64,000 bases of DNA from Pecten maximus (GCF_902652985.1 NC_047031.1:15004001-15068000), one strand, 5' to 3'. Counted from the stretch's first letter, positions 32,316-46,306 are shown. Program-made: numbers and translations. Notes: a model not told the origin generated them from the sequence alone.

Positions 32316-33250
32316 ATGGCGGTCACCGTAGTGTACCTGCTGTTTCTCACATGTGCAGCTTTTGCTTCAGTTAATGGTGACATCGTTGATGAATGCCACA
32401 TCACACATAATTTGTGTAGGTTACCCGAGTTGCCTAATGGATCTTCGCTCACCCTTCGTAAGTAATAACAATCTTACACTTAAATTGACTTAATTGACTT
32501 TGATGACCTAACCCGGTTATCGGTATTTATCATAAAAATCTATACATGCCCCTGTGTCAGGATACACGTGTATAAGCTTATATAAGCCTATTAACATGAG
32601 GAATATATTAAAACAATCTCCATATATTGGTATCTTTAAACATATTACAAGGCAAGCAATGTGCATTAATGAATATTCGTTCGAATTATTGATTCATGTT
32701 AGATCTATATGTAAAAGTAGCATCAACTGAATGTGACATCATCTTTCAATAAAAGTGTTCTTATTATAGAGCGTCAATGGCCTCATCCTATGATGAGAAT
32801 CTCTGGTTGGAGGTCGACATATAAACTAAGGGTAGATGAGCAGAAAAGACTGCGGAAGATTGTCTTCTTTGGGGCTGGTGTCGATTGTACCAACCTCATA
32901 ATTGACCCTGTCGTGAAGATATTTTTCAACAAGGTCCAGTTTTGTGTAAGAATGTTTTGATATATCATCTAAAAGCATTACAATCAAACTTTAGACACTA
33001 TTGTTAGTGATTGATATATATATATATGATAGGAATAACAAATGGAATGTCTATTTTAAAGAAAATATGATCAGTTGATAGAACTCTGACAGAATGAAAA
33101 GAAAACAAAGTGAAACCCTTATTATAATCATTAACTTTATTAAGACATAATTTGTGAACGAATTTCCATTTGATAATGTAATTAAATTGGTATACATGTT
33201 ATAGTAATGCATTTTTTTTAATTCTTATTAGATCTCAACAACAACAGCAC
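32316..33250 (+). pseudogene. GP2: spliced signal-peptide protein distantly related to GP1, truncated in exon 3
   Basis: Exons 32316-32457 (MAVTVVYLLFLTCAAFASVNG..), 32770-32945 (..ISGW..VDC..FC), then ISTTTAP from 33232. Confidence 0.65.
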
Positions 33251-33360
33251 CCGACTCGCAACATTTCTGCCCTGCAGGTAGGGCGTAAGAATTGTACCTG
33301 CTGCCCCCATTGCATGATTGTAAGAGGCGACTAAACTTGGGATCTTATCTTTTCTCTTCT
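33248..33360. mobile_element. Short SINE-like repeat fragment at a deletion junction
   Basis: GTAAGAGGCGACTAA motif recalled from invertebrate retro-repeats; both flanking genes are truncated here. Confidence 0.45.
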
Positions 33361-33363
33361 AAT

Positions 33364-33510
33364 ATCGCCGATTTAAACTCACAATTTTTCATAAATTAGT
33401 TGAATTTTTGCCATCTCTTCAGTATGGCGATTTTGCCACTCTAAGTAGACTTTCATAATTATAGAATATCCACACAGGATTTGTGCTATGATGATGATGA
33501 TGTCAATCAT
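33364..33510 (-). pseudogene. 5' half of the TM-coiled-coil gene (intact copy at 52978-53403)
   Basis: 33364-33793 is near-identical to 53256-53681. Confidence 0.85.
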
Positions 33511-34203
33511 TTTGAAGTTTAATATTCAAAGTGGTCAGTTTGTCTTGAGAAATACTTTTATATTATAAGATAGTAGTAGTTAGTTCTTAGTGGTCATTTT
33601 TTGTGTAAACCATTCGAGTCGCCATTTCGATGTTTTAAACGATCCTTTTTGTGGTTGAATTAGAAAAAAAATGTTTTTTTTTTTAGACATATACTATATA
33701 TATATATATACACAATACTGACAAGGAAAAAAAACAATAGAAAAAAACCTGTTTTAGTATGGGGGTTACATATCGAAATAGGTCATCAGGATTGTTAACA
33801 CGTAAAAAAAAAAACAATCTCATTTATGGTTTCTTATATGAATTATCTGATCTACTAAAAAACACTGTTTCTGTATAGGTTACAATGAAACTTAAAGCAC
33901 GCTGACTATAGTGAGTTTCTATTCAGACTTATTCATCCGGATCCATTCACCCCGTGTTTATAGATAATAAAATATTAGAGCCTACGAGTTACTTCCCTTC
34001 CATTACATATTTTATATATATATATATATATATATAGGTAAAAAAGTGAAAACAAAATCGAGATGGTGGATTGTATTAGCTTTTTGCCTATAATACTTCC
34101 TTTAAAATCAATAATAGTTTCGATTGATATTATTAAAATGGAACGTCGATTTAATTTTCATGCGAGTTTTCTATGTCGATCCCCACAGCCACTTCCGGTA
34201 AAG

Positions 34204-34544
34204 ATGGCTAGCACTATGCTGCATCATGTTCTGCTCGTTATAAGTCTGATAACGTATTGCATGTCTTCACCAATTCCGCTGTCATGGGCTTGCCCGATGC
34301 AGCAACATGAATCGGAGTCGTCATATTTTGACGCAATTGTTTGTCGGATGGATTGGGCAAGTCTAGTTTTTCTTTGTGTGCCAACTCCCTCCCTAACCAG
34401 CCTAATCTCATCGTGAAGGGATGGAAACCATACTATCAACTGAATACAGATTGTTCGCCCATTCTCCACCTCACCATCACAATACAGCCGACAAATCAAG
34501 TGAACTTTGAAGGAATTATAGGAACGCTCGTCACCAATTGCCAG
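34204..34544 (+). pseudogene. GP3 exon 1: paralogue of the GP1 Cys domain, frameshift near 34350
   Basis: Signal peptide, PLSWAC..CRM, then FSLC..PNQP..KGW..DC..TLVTNCQ followed by GT. Confidence 0.72.
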
Positions 34545-34854
34545 GTATATAGCTAGACGATTTATATTACGGGTTTAAGATCCGGTCAGGGTACGAGTGA
34601 AAAAAATTATCATCCTTCGTCGTTTATGTTATATATATCCTACAAGAAATATTTAAACCGAGATTAAATTTCATTCTTATATTTAATGCATATGTATATC
34701 CGACCGATACTAAACGTCCACTAAAATGAATTGATATCAATAATATACTGTAAGCAATAATGTGATTGTCTCCCTTTCTATACATGTCGCACGCACGGGA
34801 GGCCGTCCTTAAATGACCTTAGATGTTAATAGGGCGTTAAACAAAATAAACCAA

Positions 34855-35354
34855 NNNNNNNNNNNNNNNNNNNNNNNNNNNNNNNNNNNNNNNNNNNNNN
34901 NNNNNNNNNNNNNNNNNNNNNNNNNNNNNNNNNNNNNNNNNNNNNNNNNNNNNNNNNNNNNNNNNNNNNNNNNNNNNNNNNNNNNNNNNNNNNNNNNNNN
35001 NNNNNNNNNNNNNNNNNNNNNNNNNNNNNNNNNNNNNNNNNNNNNNNNNNNNNNNNNNNNNNNNNNNNNNNNNNNNNNNNNNNNNNNNNNNNNNNNNNNN
35101 NNNNNNNNNNNNNNNNNNNNNNNNNNNNNNNNNNNNNNNNNNNNNNNNNNNNNNNNNNNNNNNNNNNNNNNNNNNNNNNNNNNNNNNNNNNNNNNNNNNN
35201 NNNNNNNNNNNNNNNNNNNNNNNNNNNNNNNNNNNNNNNNNNNNNNNNNNNNNNNNNNNNNNNNNNNNNNNNNNNNNNNNNNNNNNNNNNNNNNNNNNNN
35301 NNNNNNNNNNNNNNNNNNNNNNNNNNNNNNNNNNNNNNNNNNNNNNNNNNNNNN
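34855..35354. other. Assembly gap
   Basis: 500 N. Confidence 1.
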
Positions 35355-36109
35355 ACCCCATACCGCAGCCGAGACCTCTTACCGGGAGAGGACACGGTGT
35401 TGTATTTTCCTAAAAAAACAATGAAGTTAATCGAATTCTGGTTGATAGCATCGGACAAACAGAAGAAAGGCATTCTGGTTAACGTCAACAGATTCACAAC
35501 TCAAGTTCATCATAGAAACCATTCATACGTAGCAGCGGATAACATTTCCATTTCTGAGGAGGATAAAAAGAAAATAGCCAAACACAAAGTGGGCATATGC
35601 AAAGTGCTTGGCGAGAGGGATCAGTCGACGTCAGAGAAGGCGGAGACTACTCGCAGTGAGTAAAATATTACCTGTGTTCTTTACAAACTATTTGACATGG
35701 CTAAAGCAATGATATTAATACCAAAAACGAAATACGACGACATCATCAAACACGAGAACGATTCAACTAATACACACCAAGCACCATCGAACATGATGTC
35801 AATCCATCTGATGATAAAACGGCCCATTACCACGAAGAAATCCAGCGTAGAATTGACAAATAATATCGATAAGAGTAAAACCGACCCACCTGATACGCCT
35901 GACGCAATCCACGAGCCCAGTCTAGAATCGATCAATAGGGAGCCTGTGTCACTCAAACGGAGCATGCGCAGAAAAACAAAAAGTCAGCGAGGCGGAAAAC
36001 TTGCTTTAATAAGACCACGCCTCCCCAATTTCAGAGAAACCTAAAAACGAAGAAACGTAAGTGGTTGTCATTCAACATATAGAACTCGACGAAACAGGTC
36101 CTAAACAAG

Positions 36110-39100
36110 ATGGCAGCACAATATTTTGACGATTTACTTGATTCTGTGTCAAATGGTGACGAAAATGCAATTCAAACAGTGAGGAATTTGAAAAGGATTT
36201 TAAAACTCTATAGATTTATCTCCCGTGAAAAAAACAGAAGGGAAGATGACGTACTCAAAGATAGACAAAATGTGAATACTTGTGATCAGTGTGGGAAGCA
36301 ATATTCTACGATGAAAAGTTGAAGGCGCACATGAGAGACATTTTCGTCAATTACCGTGCACAATATGTGGAAAGATATTTAAGGATTCAGGCAACTTAAA
36401 GACACAACCTGATTTCACACAAAAAATCAGAGTTCCTACAAATGTCACGTGTGTGACAAATCATTTACGAGGAAATACAACATGAAAATGCACGTGAAAA
36501 GCAAACATGGACTGACTGGTGGAGATCTACCTAATCCTAGCAGTAGTCGGATACCGGAGCATTTCAACACTAATACACCAATACCTTCGAGAATCCAGTC
36601 GCCACAGCCGGGTCCGTCCGACGTCCAGTCGCCACAGCCGAGTCCGTCCGACGTCCAGTCGCCACAGCCGGGTCCGTCCGACGTCCAGTCGCCACAGCCG
36701 GGTCCGTCCGACGTCCAGTCGCCCACAGCCGAGTCCGTCCGACGTCCAGTCGCCACAGCCGGGTCCGTCCGACGTCCAGTCGCCGCAGCCGGGTCCGTCC
36801 GACGTCCAGTCGCCGCAGCCGGGTCCGTCCGACGTCCAGTCGCCACAGCCGGATCCCACCGGTTCTCAACCAACGGGAGAACATACCCATTCGGACGATG
36901 TGAGCTTGCAAGGAAATGCTAACGTGAGAAACATATATCCAAATTTCAGTGACGATGGTGACATACTCACATTTTTTGCCAGCTCCAAAACGGAAGTGAT
37001 GTATCATTTAAAACGGTTGTGTGAGAGATTGAAAGGAATTAAGTGGTATCTTAACATTCGTGTGTCTTTGGAAAAGGAAACTAGAGAAGGTAATGTAGTA
37101 CAGACCACCCCACATTTCTTGAGTAAAGCATATATATTAATGCCAAATGAATCTGATCTAGAACACGACGTCAATACAGCTTATCAGAAAATGTTTGCCT
37201 CATTTGAGGAGTTTGTACGTAAAGGGTCTGCATGGGTACTCAAGAAAATCATAAAATTAGAAATACATGTTGCAAAATACTCACCATTGAGTGGTTCTTC
37301 TTACATACCAACTCCAACTACTTTCAGAACTCATAAATTAGTCAATGTCTTGAATCGTGACGAAAAATGTTTCTTATGGTCCATTTTGGCATCCCTCCAT
37401 CCCACCGATACCTCTCCCGAACGCATCTCTCATTACGAGATGTACGAAAGCGAACTAGACATGACGGGTATCCAATATCCAGTCTCCATCTCCCAAGTAC
37501 AAAAGTTCGAAAGACAGAACGACGTATCTGTAAACGTGTTTGGACTCGAGGATAATACCATTTATCCCATGTACGTGACGAAAACGAAACAGTCGCGACA
37601 TCACACCAATCTGCTCTTTTTACAAGAAGGTGCAAAAAACCCATTACTGTTTGATCCCCAATCTAAACATGTTTTTGAGCAGAACGAAAAAATGTCATAG
37701 TCTAACACATTTCTGTCAACATTGTCTGCAAGGCTTTACCAGTAGCGTTTTATTAAACAAACACGTGGAACTGTGTTCCACCCACAGGACACAGAGAGTT
37801 GAATTTCCCGGAGATGATGCTCTCTTATCGTTTGAGGACTTTCAGAAACAAATGAAAGTACCTTTTGTCATTTATGCCGATTTCGAAACATTTGTAGAAC
37901 AAATGGATTCGTGTGAGCCAAACCCAGACCTTTCAAGTACGACTAAGAATATAAAGTTCGAGCCCTGTGGATTTGGATACAAAGTCGTGTGTATGGAAGA
38001 TAGGTATACCAAACCACCCGTCATTTACAGGGGAGCTGACGTCAGTAAAACGTTTTTAGAATGTATCATAGAAGAAGAAAAACATATCAAAGATGTTTTA
38101 GGTCAGCCAGAACCGCTAGTCATGTCTCTCCAGGACGAGCAGTCTTTTATGGAGAGTACTCGGTGTCACATCTGTGGTAAGCATTTTACGGAACAGAGTA
38201 CGGTGGTGCGAGACCACTGTCATTTGAGTGGGAAATTTCGCGGTGCTGCACACAACGAATGCAATTTGAAGTACAAATATCCCACTCACATACCTTGCGT
38301 GTTTCATAACTTAAAGCGATTCGATGCTCACATCCTGACTGAAAGTATGGGTCTATTTAAAGACCGCGAAATTCACTGCATTCCTAACACTACGGAACAG
38401 TAACATTTCGTTTAGTCTGGGTGATATCAGATTCATAGATTCGTTCCAATTCATGCCTCAGAGTCTAGAGACTCTGACAGAAAATCTGGCCAAAGAGGGC
38501 TTAGTGAAATTCAGTAACTTTTCTAAGGCATTTACCGAAACAGAAGCCAAATTCCTACTAAGAAAGGGAATATATCCCTACGAATACGTAGACACTGCCG
38601 ATCGATTCTTAGAACAAAAGTTACCACCAAAAGAGAAATTTTATAGCTCGTTGAGTCGCTCACACGTGTCAGATGCAGATTACGCACATGCACAGACCGT
38701 GTGGGAGAAAATGGACATTCGAGACCTCGGTCAGTATCACGACCTCTACCTCAAGACGGATGTGCTACTGTTGGCCGACGTATTTGAGAACTTCAGAAAC
38801 ATGTGTCTCGATTATTACGGGTTAGATGCGGCTCACTTCTATACCAGTCCCGGTCTGGCTTGGAGTGCAGCTTTAAAAATGACGAGAGTGAGGTTAGAAC
38901 TCATCAGAGATCCAGACATGTATCTCTTTTTTGAAAACGGAGTGAGAGGTGGAGTTAGCATGATATCAAACAAATACGCTCAAGCTAACAATCCTTATAT
39001 TCCAGAAACTTACGATCTCTCCCAACCACATTCGTACATCATGTACACGGACTGCAATAATTTGTACGGAAAGGCAATGTCGGAGCCGTTGCCAATCGGT

Positions 39101-40395
39101 GGGTTTCGGTGGGTGGACAATCCACAAACATTTGACATAACCAAAGTCTCCAAACACGGAGATCTGGGTTACGTACTGGAAGTAGATCTGGAATATCCAG
39201 ACGAACTTCACGACAGCCATTCCGATTACCCCCCTCGCACCGGAACGTAAAAACAGTCTCAGACAGCGAATTATCACTAACGAGTAAACAGCTGTGGAAA
39301 ACCTTACATCCTAGCACTAAACACACCGATGATAAATTACATGGACGGGTACCGACGGAAAAACTGATTCCCACGCTAGAAAACAAGACGAAATACATCT
39401 GTAATTACAGAAATCTGCAGTTGTACCTGGAATTGGGTCTAAAAATAACCAAAATCCACCGAATCCTAGAATTCAAGCAGACACCTTGGCTACATCCATA
39501 CATACAATTCAACACCTCAAAAAGAGCGTCCTGTAAGAACGAGTTTGAGAAAGATTTCTTTAAACTCATGAACAATGCCGTATTTGGCAAGACGATGGAG
39601 AACGTGCGCTCCAGAGTCGACATCAAGCTGGCACACACGGAAAAGAAACTAAAAAAATACGTGGCAAGGCCTTCGTTTAAAAGATTTACCATCTTTAACG
39701 AAGATCTAGTAGCCATCCAGAACGACAAAGTCAAACTCGTACTAAACAAACCCGTATATGTTGGACAGACCATTCTAGATCTATCCAAATGTATCATGTA
39801 CGAGTTTTATTACAAGTACCTAAAACCCAAATATGGACATGGAATCAAGCTACTCATGACGGACACGGACAGTCTTTTGTATCACGTCCAATGTCCAGAC
39901 GTTTATGACGACATTTATCGGGACAGACATCTGTTCGATCTGTCCAATTATCCGGTCGAACATCACTGTCACGACACGAGAAACAAAAAGATACCGGGAT
40001 ATTTCAAGGACGAAACGGGAAGTGAGCCCATTGCAGAGTTTGTAGGACTTCGCGCCAAAATGTATTCTTACGTGTACGCCGTGAAAAATAGAACTGAAAT
40101 AGAAAATCTGGTAGTCCGATGGAACGAGATAAAAGAAAAACAGGTAGCTAAAGGTGTTGCAAGAGCAACCATCAGACGTGATCTCAGACACGAAATGTAC
40201 AGAGACTGTTTATTTGACAACAGAACGATAATGACCAAAATGAATTCCATTAGAAGCGACAAACACCAGTTGTACGTTTACACCGTCAACAAATCGGGTC
40301 TCTGCGCTTTTGACGACAAACGCTGGGTCTTACCCAATCGGTATGACACGCTTTCATTTGGTCATTATATAATTTCCGCCATGGGATGGCAATAA
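36110..40395 (+). pseudogene. polB: pPolB of copy B2, broken by single-base indels
   Basis: Fragments match 19590-23870; the indels may be sequencing errors. Confidence 0.92.
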
Positions 40396-41789
40396 AAACC
40401 GAACCTCAAATATAGTTTCACAAATATTTATTTCAATTATCGGACCCAAGTCGTCATGTAAAATATTCGCCAAACTCGTTCATCATTGGTGTCGTTTACC
40501 AACTAAATTACGACATTATATAGAAAAGAAAGTTCCAATTTAAAATCAAAAATTTAAGTTTATAAACACAAAGTTGTTAAAAAATAATAAAGTATTCAAT
40601 TTAGATATAAATGTAGACAGAAAAATCACATGGATAGTTTTATTGTTAATCTAAAACAAAACGTTGTATTTAAAAGTCAAAACAAAGCTCCTATTTAAAA
40701 TCAAAAAGTTTCAAAACAAAGTTTCATTTTAAAATAAAAAAAAAAAAAAAAAAAGTTTCATTTTAAAATAATAAACACAAAGTTTCAATTTAAAATCAAA
40801 AAGTTGAAAAAAAAAAGGTTTTAAAATAAAGTTTCAATTTAAAATCAAAAAGTACAAGTTTCATTTTAAAATCAAAAAGTATAAGTTTCATTTTAAAATA
40901 AAAAAACACAAAGTTTCAATTTAAAATCAAAAAGTACAAGTTTCAATTTAAAATCAAAAAGTATAAGTTTCATTTTAAAATAAAAAACACAAAGTTTCAA
41001 TTTAAAATCAAAAAGTTGAAGAAAAAAAAAGGTTTTAAAATAAAGTTTCACTTTAAAAATCAAAAAGTACAAGTTTCAATTTAAAATCAAAAAGTATAAG
41101 TTTCAATTGGTGAAGAAATTCAAAATTAATGTTCAAGTCAAATGTATGAGAGACATCACTTAAAGGTTACGTGATTATTATATATTCCAAGGTATGAGAG
41201 GTATCATTTAAAGGTTACGTGATTATTATATATTCCAAGGTATGAGAGGTATCATTTAAAGGTTACGTGATTATTATGTATTCCAAGGTATGAGAGGCAT
41301 CATTTAAAGGTTACGTGATTATTATGTATTCCGAGGTATGAGAGGTATCATTTAAAGGTTATGTGATTATTATGTATTCCAAGGTATGAGAGGGATCTAT
41401 TCTGAATTATGAGAGACATCATGTGAAGTTTAAAAGGGTACAAGAGGTATCATGTACGCTACAAACTCTGGTGTTAATTAATAGTAAGAGAAATTTTCAT
41501 ATGAATTAAAAATATATCAATATTCTGAAGAGAGACATCAATTAAAGGTTACGTATTCTTAAAGGTTACGTATTCTTAATGATAGATCACGTGTTGCCAT
41601 ATTTTAATTTACAGTTGATGTATTAAACGACATCTGTTCTTACGTAAACAGGTTCGTGTGTGTATAGAGAATGTAATTATTCTACAAAATAACATTGCTT
41701 ACATTTCCATGTTATTAATTCATTTCACTTATGTTTTGTATGAAGTCACTGTATTTTCTCAATAAAATGATCATTAAGCCAAAAGTTGT

Positions 41790-42152
41790 TTAGTTCTCCC
41801 TACATTCTGAGATACAATCAAACACCGTCTCTTCATTATACGTGCTAAACACGACTTCTACTTTACAATAATATCGATGTCTGGTTAGCCTTTTCATTTG
41901 GGAACGAACTCTCCCATATTTCAACTCTACTACACTGTCGACAAAGAAACGAGTTTCGTTTCTGAATTCTGGATAGCGCCTCATTATGGCTTTTACAAGA
42001 TAACGATAGATGACAGATCGACAGATGTCGACCTCGTGACAACCGAATAAGATACTGATGAAACATAGATTAGTAGCACAGTACGATGTATCTCTTAATA
42101 ATACATCCCCGTTTAAATCTACGAGCGACTTAGTGAGACGTTTACGATACAT
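41790..42152 (-). CDS. Copy of the conserved 120-aa protein
   Basis: Identical translation to 25261-25623. Confidence 0.8.
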   Translation of the reverse strand: MYRKRLTKSLVDLNGDVLLRDTSYCATNLCFISILFGCHEVDICRSVIYRYLVKAIMRRYPEFRNETRFFVDSVVELKYGRVRSQMKRLTRHRYYCKVEVVFSTYNEETVFDCISECREN

Positions 42153-42209
42153 TATTGAGAGACGTCGATATTATTGTATAATAGAAATGCTATAAGAGAG
42201 ATAACTCGC

Positions 42210-42825
42210 TTATTGAAACGATGACTGCAGATATTGGTCAAATTCATCTGCATAACTGTTATTTCCCGCTCCTGCTCCTGACTGGCTCTTGCGAGTATAT
42301 GGATGCATTCTCCTTTCAGCTACCTGTAGTAAGAAAGCAATGTAACTAGAACACCAACAGTAGTAAATAATATATTGACGGATGTTTAAATTCGATAATT
42401 AACTTACAAGTACGTGTCTTACATCACTACTGCCCTGTTCAGGCTTCGGCTTGCTCTCCTCTTGATTTTGACCCTGTGGAAGAATTGAATTAATTTGTAC
42501 AATGTGCTGTTTAAAATTACATTGAAGCTATAAATTGATGATATACATTGTGCTGTTTATAGAAAAATACACTTACCTGATTAATCAAATAGAGGTTATC
42601 CTCCAGGTTCCCCCTAAGGTCCGTCAAATCTTGATATTCATCAAGTGTTAGGGGTAGGTAGTACTTCTTCTCCTTCTTAGTAATATGCACATAAACCACT
42701 CCGTTGAAGAGATTTACGGATATACTAGTTTGACTATTTAATCTGCTTGACAAGGATGTTTCATTCGAACCATCTTTCTTTGTATGACTCGTAAGTTCAA
42801 ATTTTCCGTAGATATTTTGTTCCAT
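42210..42825 (-). CDS. Copy of the three-exon PC4-like gene
   Basis: Same sequence as 25681-26296. Confidence 0.75.
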
Positions 42826-43546
42826 TTTTGCGCCAGAAGTGACGGTTAGTGGGGTTTGCGCGCTTTTTTATATCACCGATATGGGTGTGAAACTGGGTAG
42901 AATCGAAACGACCAATGAAAACCTAGAATGGTGAATGTTTAAAATTTTAAATGGTGTTTTCTTGACAAACCGGTTTTTTTTTCTCCACACGACACTTGTG
43001 TAACACATTTAATTTTACACTGTGTCAGCATTCAGCTCATATGATTCTGTTACGTATACAATTTCGTGTACAACAATTTTATTTTTCTCATTTAAACATA
43101 TTTATTGTTCTAAATATTAAGGATTGGGTAAAAGTTATTACAATTTATCGGTACCTTTTACTCTAATGCAGTACATACATGATAACACTTTAATGAAGCA
43201 TACAAAATTAATACATAAAACCTGTTGCTGGATTTGATGAAAATTTGCACGGGTTTTCAAACTTCTGTATCAATGGATAGATTTCGATTTTCAGAAAAAA
43301 AAAAACTTAATAAATTTATAGATCGTTTTCACCATTTAGTCAGTAAAATTGTTGTAAAAATGTTGTAAGGCTTTTTTTTTTTCAATCGATACTTTTTAAT
43401 TGACGACTTTTTATATTAAATAGTGAATTGAAAAATTCTGATTAGGTTAAAGCTGTCACCGTATTCCGGAAAACAGAATTTGGCGGTAATTCTGCACGTG
43501 CAAAGCGTGAAACTGAATCGGGTAACTAGTCCAGTGATGAGCAAAG

Positions 43547-46306
43547 ATGGCTGCAGTACTGCTCTTGCTATTATCGCTCGTACTCGAGGTAGAGGGGTGT
43601 ATCAACACCCCTCTTCTCTATGCATGCAATGTGAACAGAGATGACACGACTCTTGACGTTTTTTATTGCACTATGAATGAGGAATGGTTGGCCCGGGGGG
43701 TCAACACGACGTTCACGTTGTGTTGTGGTCCGGCGCCCCCGGATCAACCATACATCATCATCACCCATTGGCAAGCTGGCGACCGTCTCCTGGGGGAATG
43801 CATACATTACTTCCCCCACATCAAGATCTACCCCCAGGTGGATTGTGACATGGTGGAGGGGTTGGTGGATAATTGTGTAAGTACAATCTATTCTGTTACT
43901 AGAAAATAGTTTGTGTATATATAATATCACCTAATCGGTTTTACCGTTTAAATATCTATTCAGGTCAACACTTGTACCTTACAAAATCTGACCTCTGTCA
44001 GGTGCAGATACAGGAATTTAAGTTAGATGGGGTGTGATAATTAATTTTCAGATCCATGAGGAGACCCCCACCACGGTCCATGAGGAGACCCCCACCACGG
44101 TCCATGAGGAGACCCCCACCACGGTCCATGAGGAGACCTCCACCACGGTCCATGAGGAGACCTCCACCACCGTCCATGAGGAGACCCCCACCACCGTCCA
44201 TGAGGAGACCCCCACCACGGTCCATGAGGAGACCTCCACCACGGTCCATGAGGAGACCTCCACCACCGTCCATGAGGAGACCCCCACCACCGTCCATGAG
44301 GAGACCTCCACCACGGTCCATGAGGAGACCCCCACCACCGTCCATGAGGAGACCCTCACCACCGTCCATGAGGAGACCCCCACCACGGTCCATGAGGAGA
44401 CCCCCACCACGGTCCATGAGGAGACCCCCACCACCGTCCATGAGGAGACCCCCACCACGGTCCATGAGGAGACCCCCACCACCGTCCATGAGGAGACCTC
44501 CACCACCGTCCATGAGGAGACCTCCACCACCGTCCATGAGGAGACCCCCACCACCGTCCATGAGGAGACCTCCACCACGGTCCATGAGGAGACCTCCACC
44601 ACGACCGCGGTGAAGGTGCTGTTGGTTTTGGCAGTACTACTACCATTGATGTTTAGTATGTATAATCTCATACTTTCTTTTTAATGTGGTCTTGGTCAGT
44701 TTTTTTTTTTTTTTTTTTTTAATGTTAGTAAAATACAATATCAGTGCTTTCCAAAAACATCTGACAAATATGATGAAAGCTCATTTGGCTCGATAATAAG
44801 TAAATATATCATAAGCATGAACAATAGCCATGTACATTTTCGATCCAACAGAATTTTCTCAGACAACTTTCAGGATTCTGAAAAAAAAAAAATTCATACA
44901 TTTTAGTCAAATGCTCTTAACTGAGAAATAATGTATTCCTTTCCAGTTTTAGTCTTCCTGCTGATTAGGCGAAGGGCTTACAGGGGTCACAAGCCCTATA
45001 GGATGAGGGAAGAAGGAGACATCTGTAAGTATTTCACATAAGATTTTGCCTTTCATGAATCTGTAATGTAAACAAACTATCTCTCCTGACTAATTCATAA
45101 CATTTCATCATCTATCATTGATCATTTTAACCTAGATGTTATGAGAGTTTCCTGTATCAATGATGATTGTGTATGTATTCCAGTCTGGTATTTCAGTGAG
45201 TTGTCTCCCCTAGATCATAAAAGTTTTGTTCTGTTTTCAGTCAGCATTGAAGATCAATCTGATACAAGTAAGTTAATTTTAATTCCTAATGACGGTTAAA
45301 ACATATTTTAAGGTTTTGGTAATCAGATGCTAAAAATTATTTTGCTAGAGTCTCCTTCAGTCTTGAAGAAATAACAATTGATAAAAGTACAGGTAAACAG
45401 TAACACTAGACTCGCCAGTGCTGCTACCAACTATTCAGCTTTTTTCATCAAAGCTTGGTCAGCTTCACATGTCTCAAGGTTAATAACTATAGCTGAATTA
45501 CCAAAATATGATGATCATGATCATTTTTCTGTCAAAATATGGAACAGCGAGTTCAGACAAAGATTTGGATCTCTTGGACTTTTTTATCTGAGAAAATGAG
45601 CTTCAGCTTAAGGAATTTTCAACCTCCGAGTAATGTGTATACATTTCTGTTATTTTGATTCTATAGTATGTGTATTATTTTAATTGTAGTCGAAATGAAC
45701 AGACTGGACCCCCCCTCCCTCTGACCATTATGAAGATTCAGGTAATTAACTACTTATAAGTTGATAGCAGTGTTAAATATATTTCATGAATATGAATTGT
45801 GTGTATTTACCTTGTAGAATTATGTCTGCCTAGTTTTGACCAATAACAAGGTTTGATATCTGTATGACATTATTTATTTTATATTGTAGATGAGACCATT
45901 CCGAAGATGGTGGAGTCATCAATTGATGGTATGTATATTGGATAATTATGGTCAGAAGTGTTTATACTGCGGTTAATTTACTTATTCGGTATTATTTATA
46001 TCTGATATTATTTGATTTAATTATGGTGAGTAAAAGAGTAGTTGATTTATTTGGTATTATGTTACAGTTTCACAGATTGACTTGCCGCCCTCCTCCTCCT
46101 CCTCCTCCTCCTCCTCCTCAACTGACACACACACAGGTAAGAATTTTATAAGTTCGAAGAGTTAAATTCCTCTAGTAAACAATTTCCTGAAATATTTCAA
46201 AGCATCTTCATCATACCTTACCACTTAACCAACAGATAATAATTTGTATGTTATAGTTGTGGAGGTGGAGCCCATCTGGCTGAGAAGTGGGAGGAGGAAG
46301 CATTAA
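43547..46306 (+). CDS. Copy of GP1 (23 stalk repeats)
   Basis: Same exons; extra C in a C-run near 45710. Confidence 0.72.

Noticed and set aside
33248-33360. Self-cleaving ribozyme in the retro-repeat fragment
   Set aside because: Could not build an HDV-like or hammerhead fold by eye; needs a covariance-model search
33570-33582. TAGTAGTAGT as another Polinton terminus
   Set aside because: Sits in the promoter of the PPxY gene, with continuous homology on both sides at about 53465
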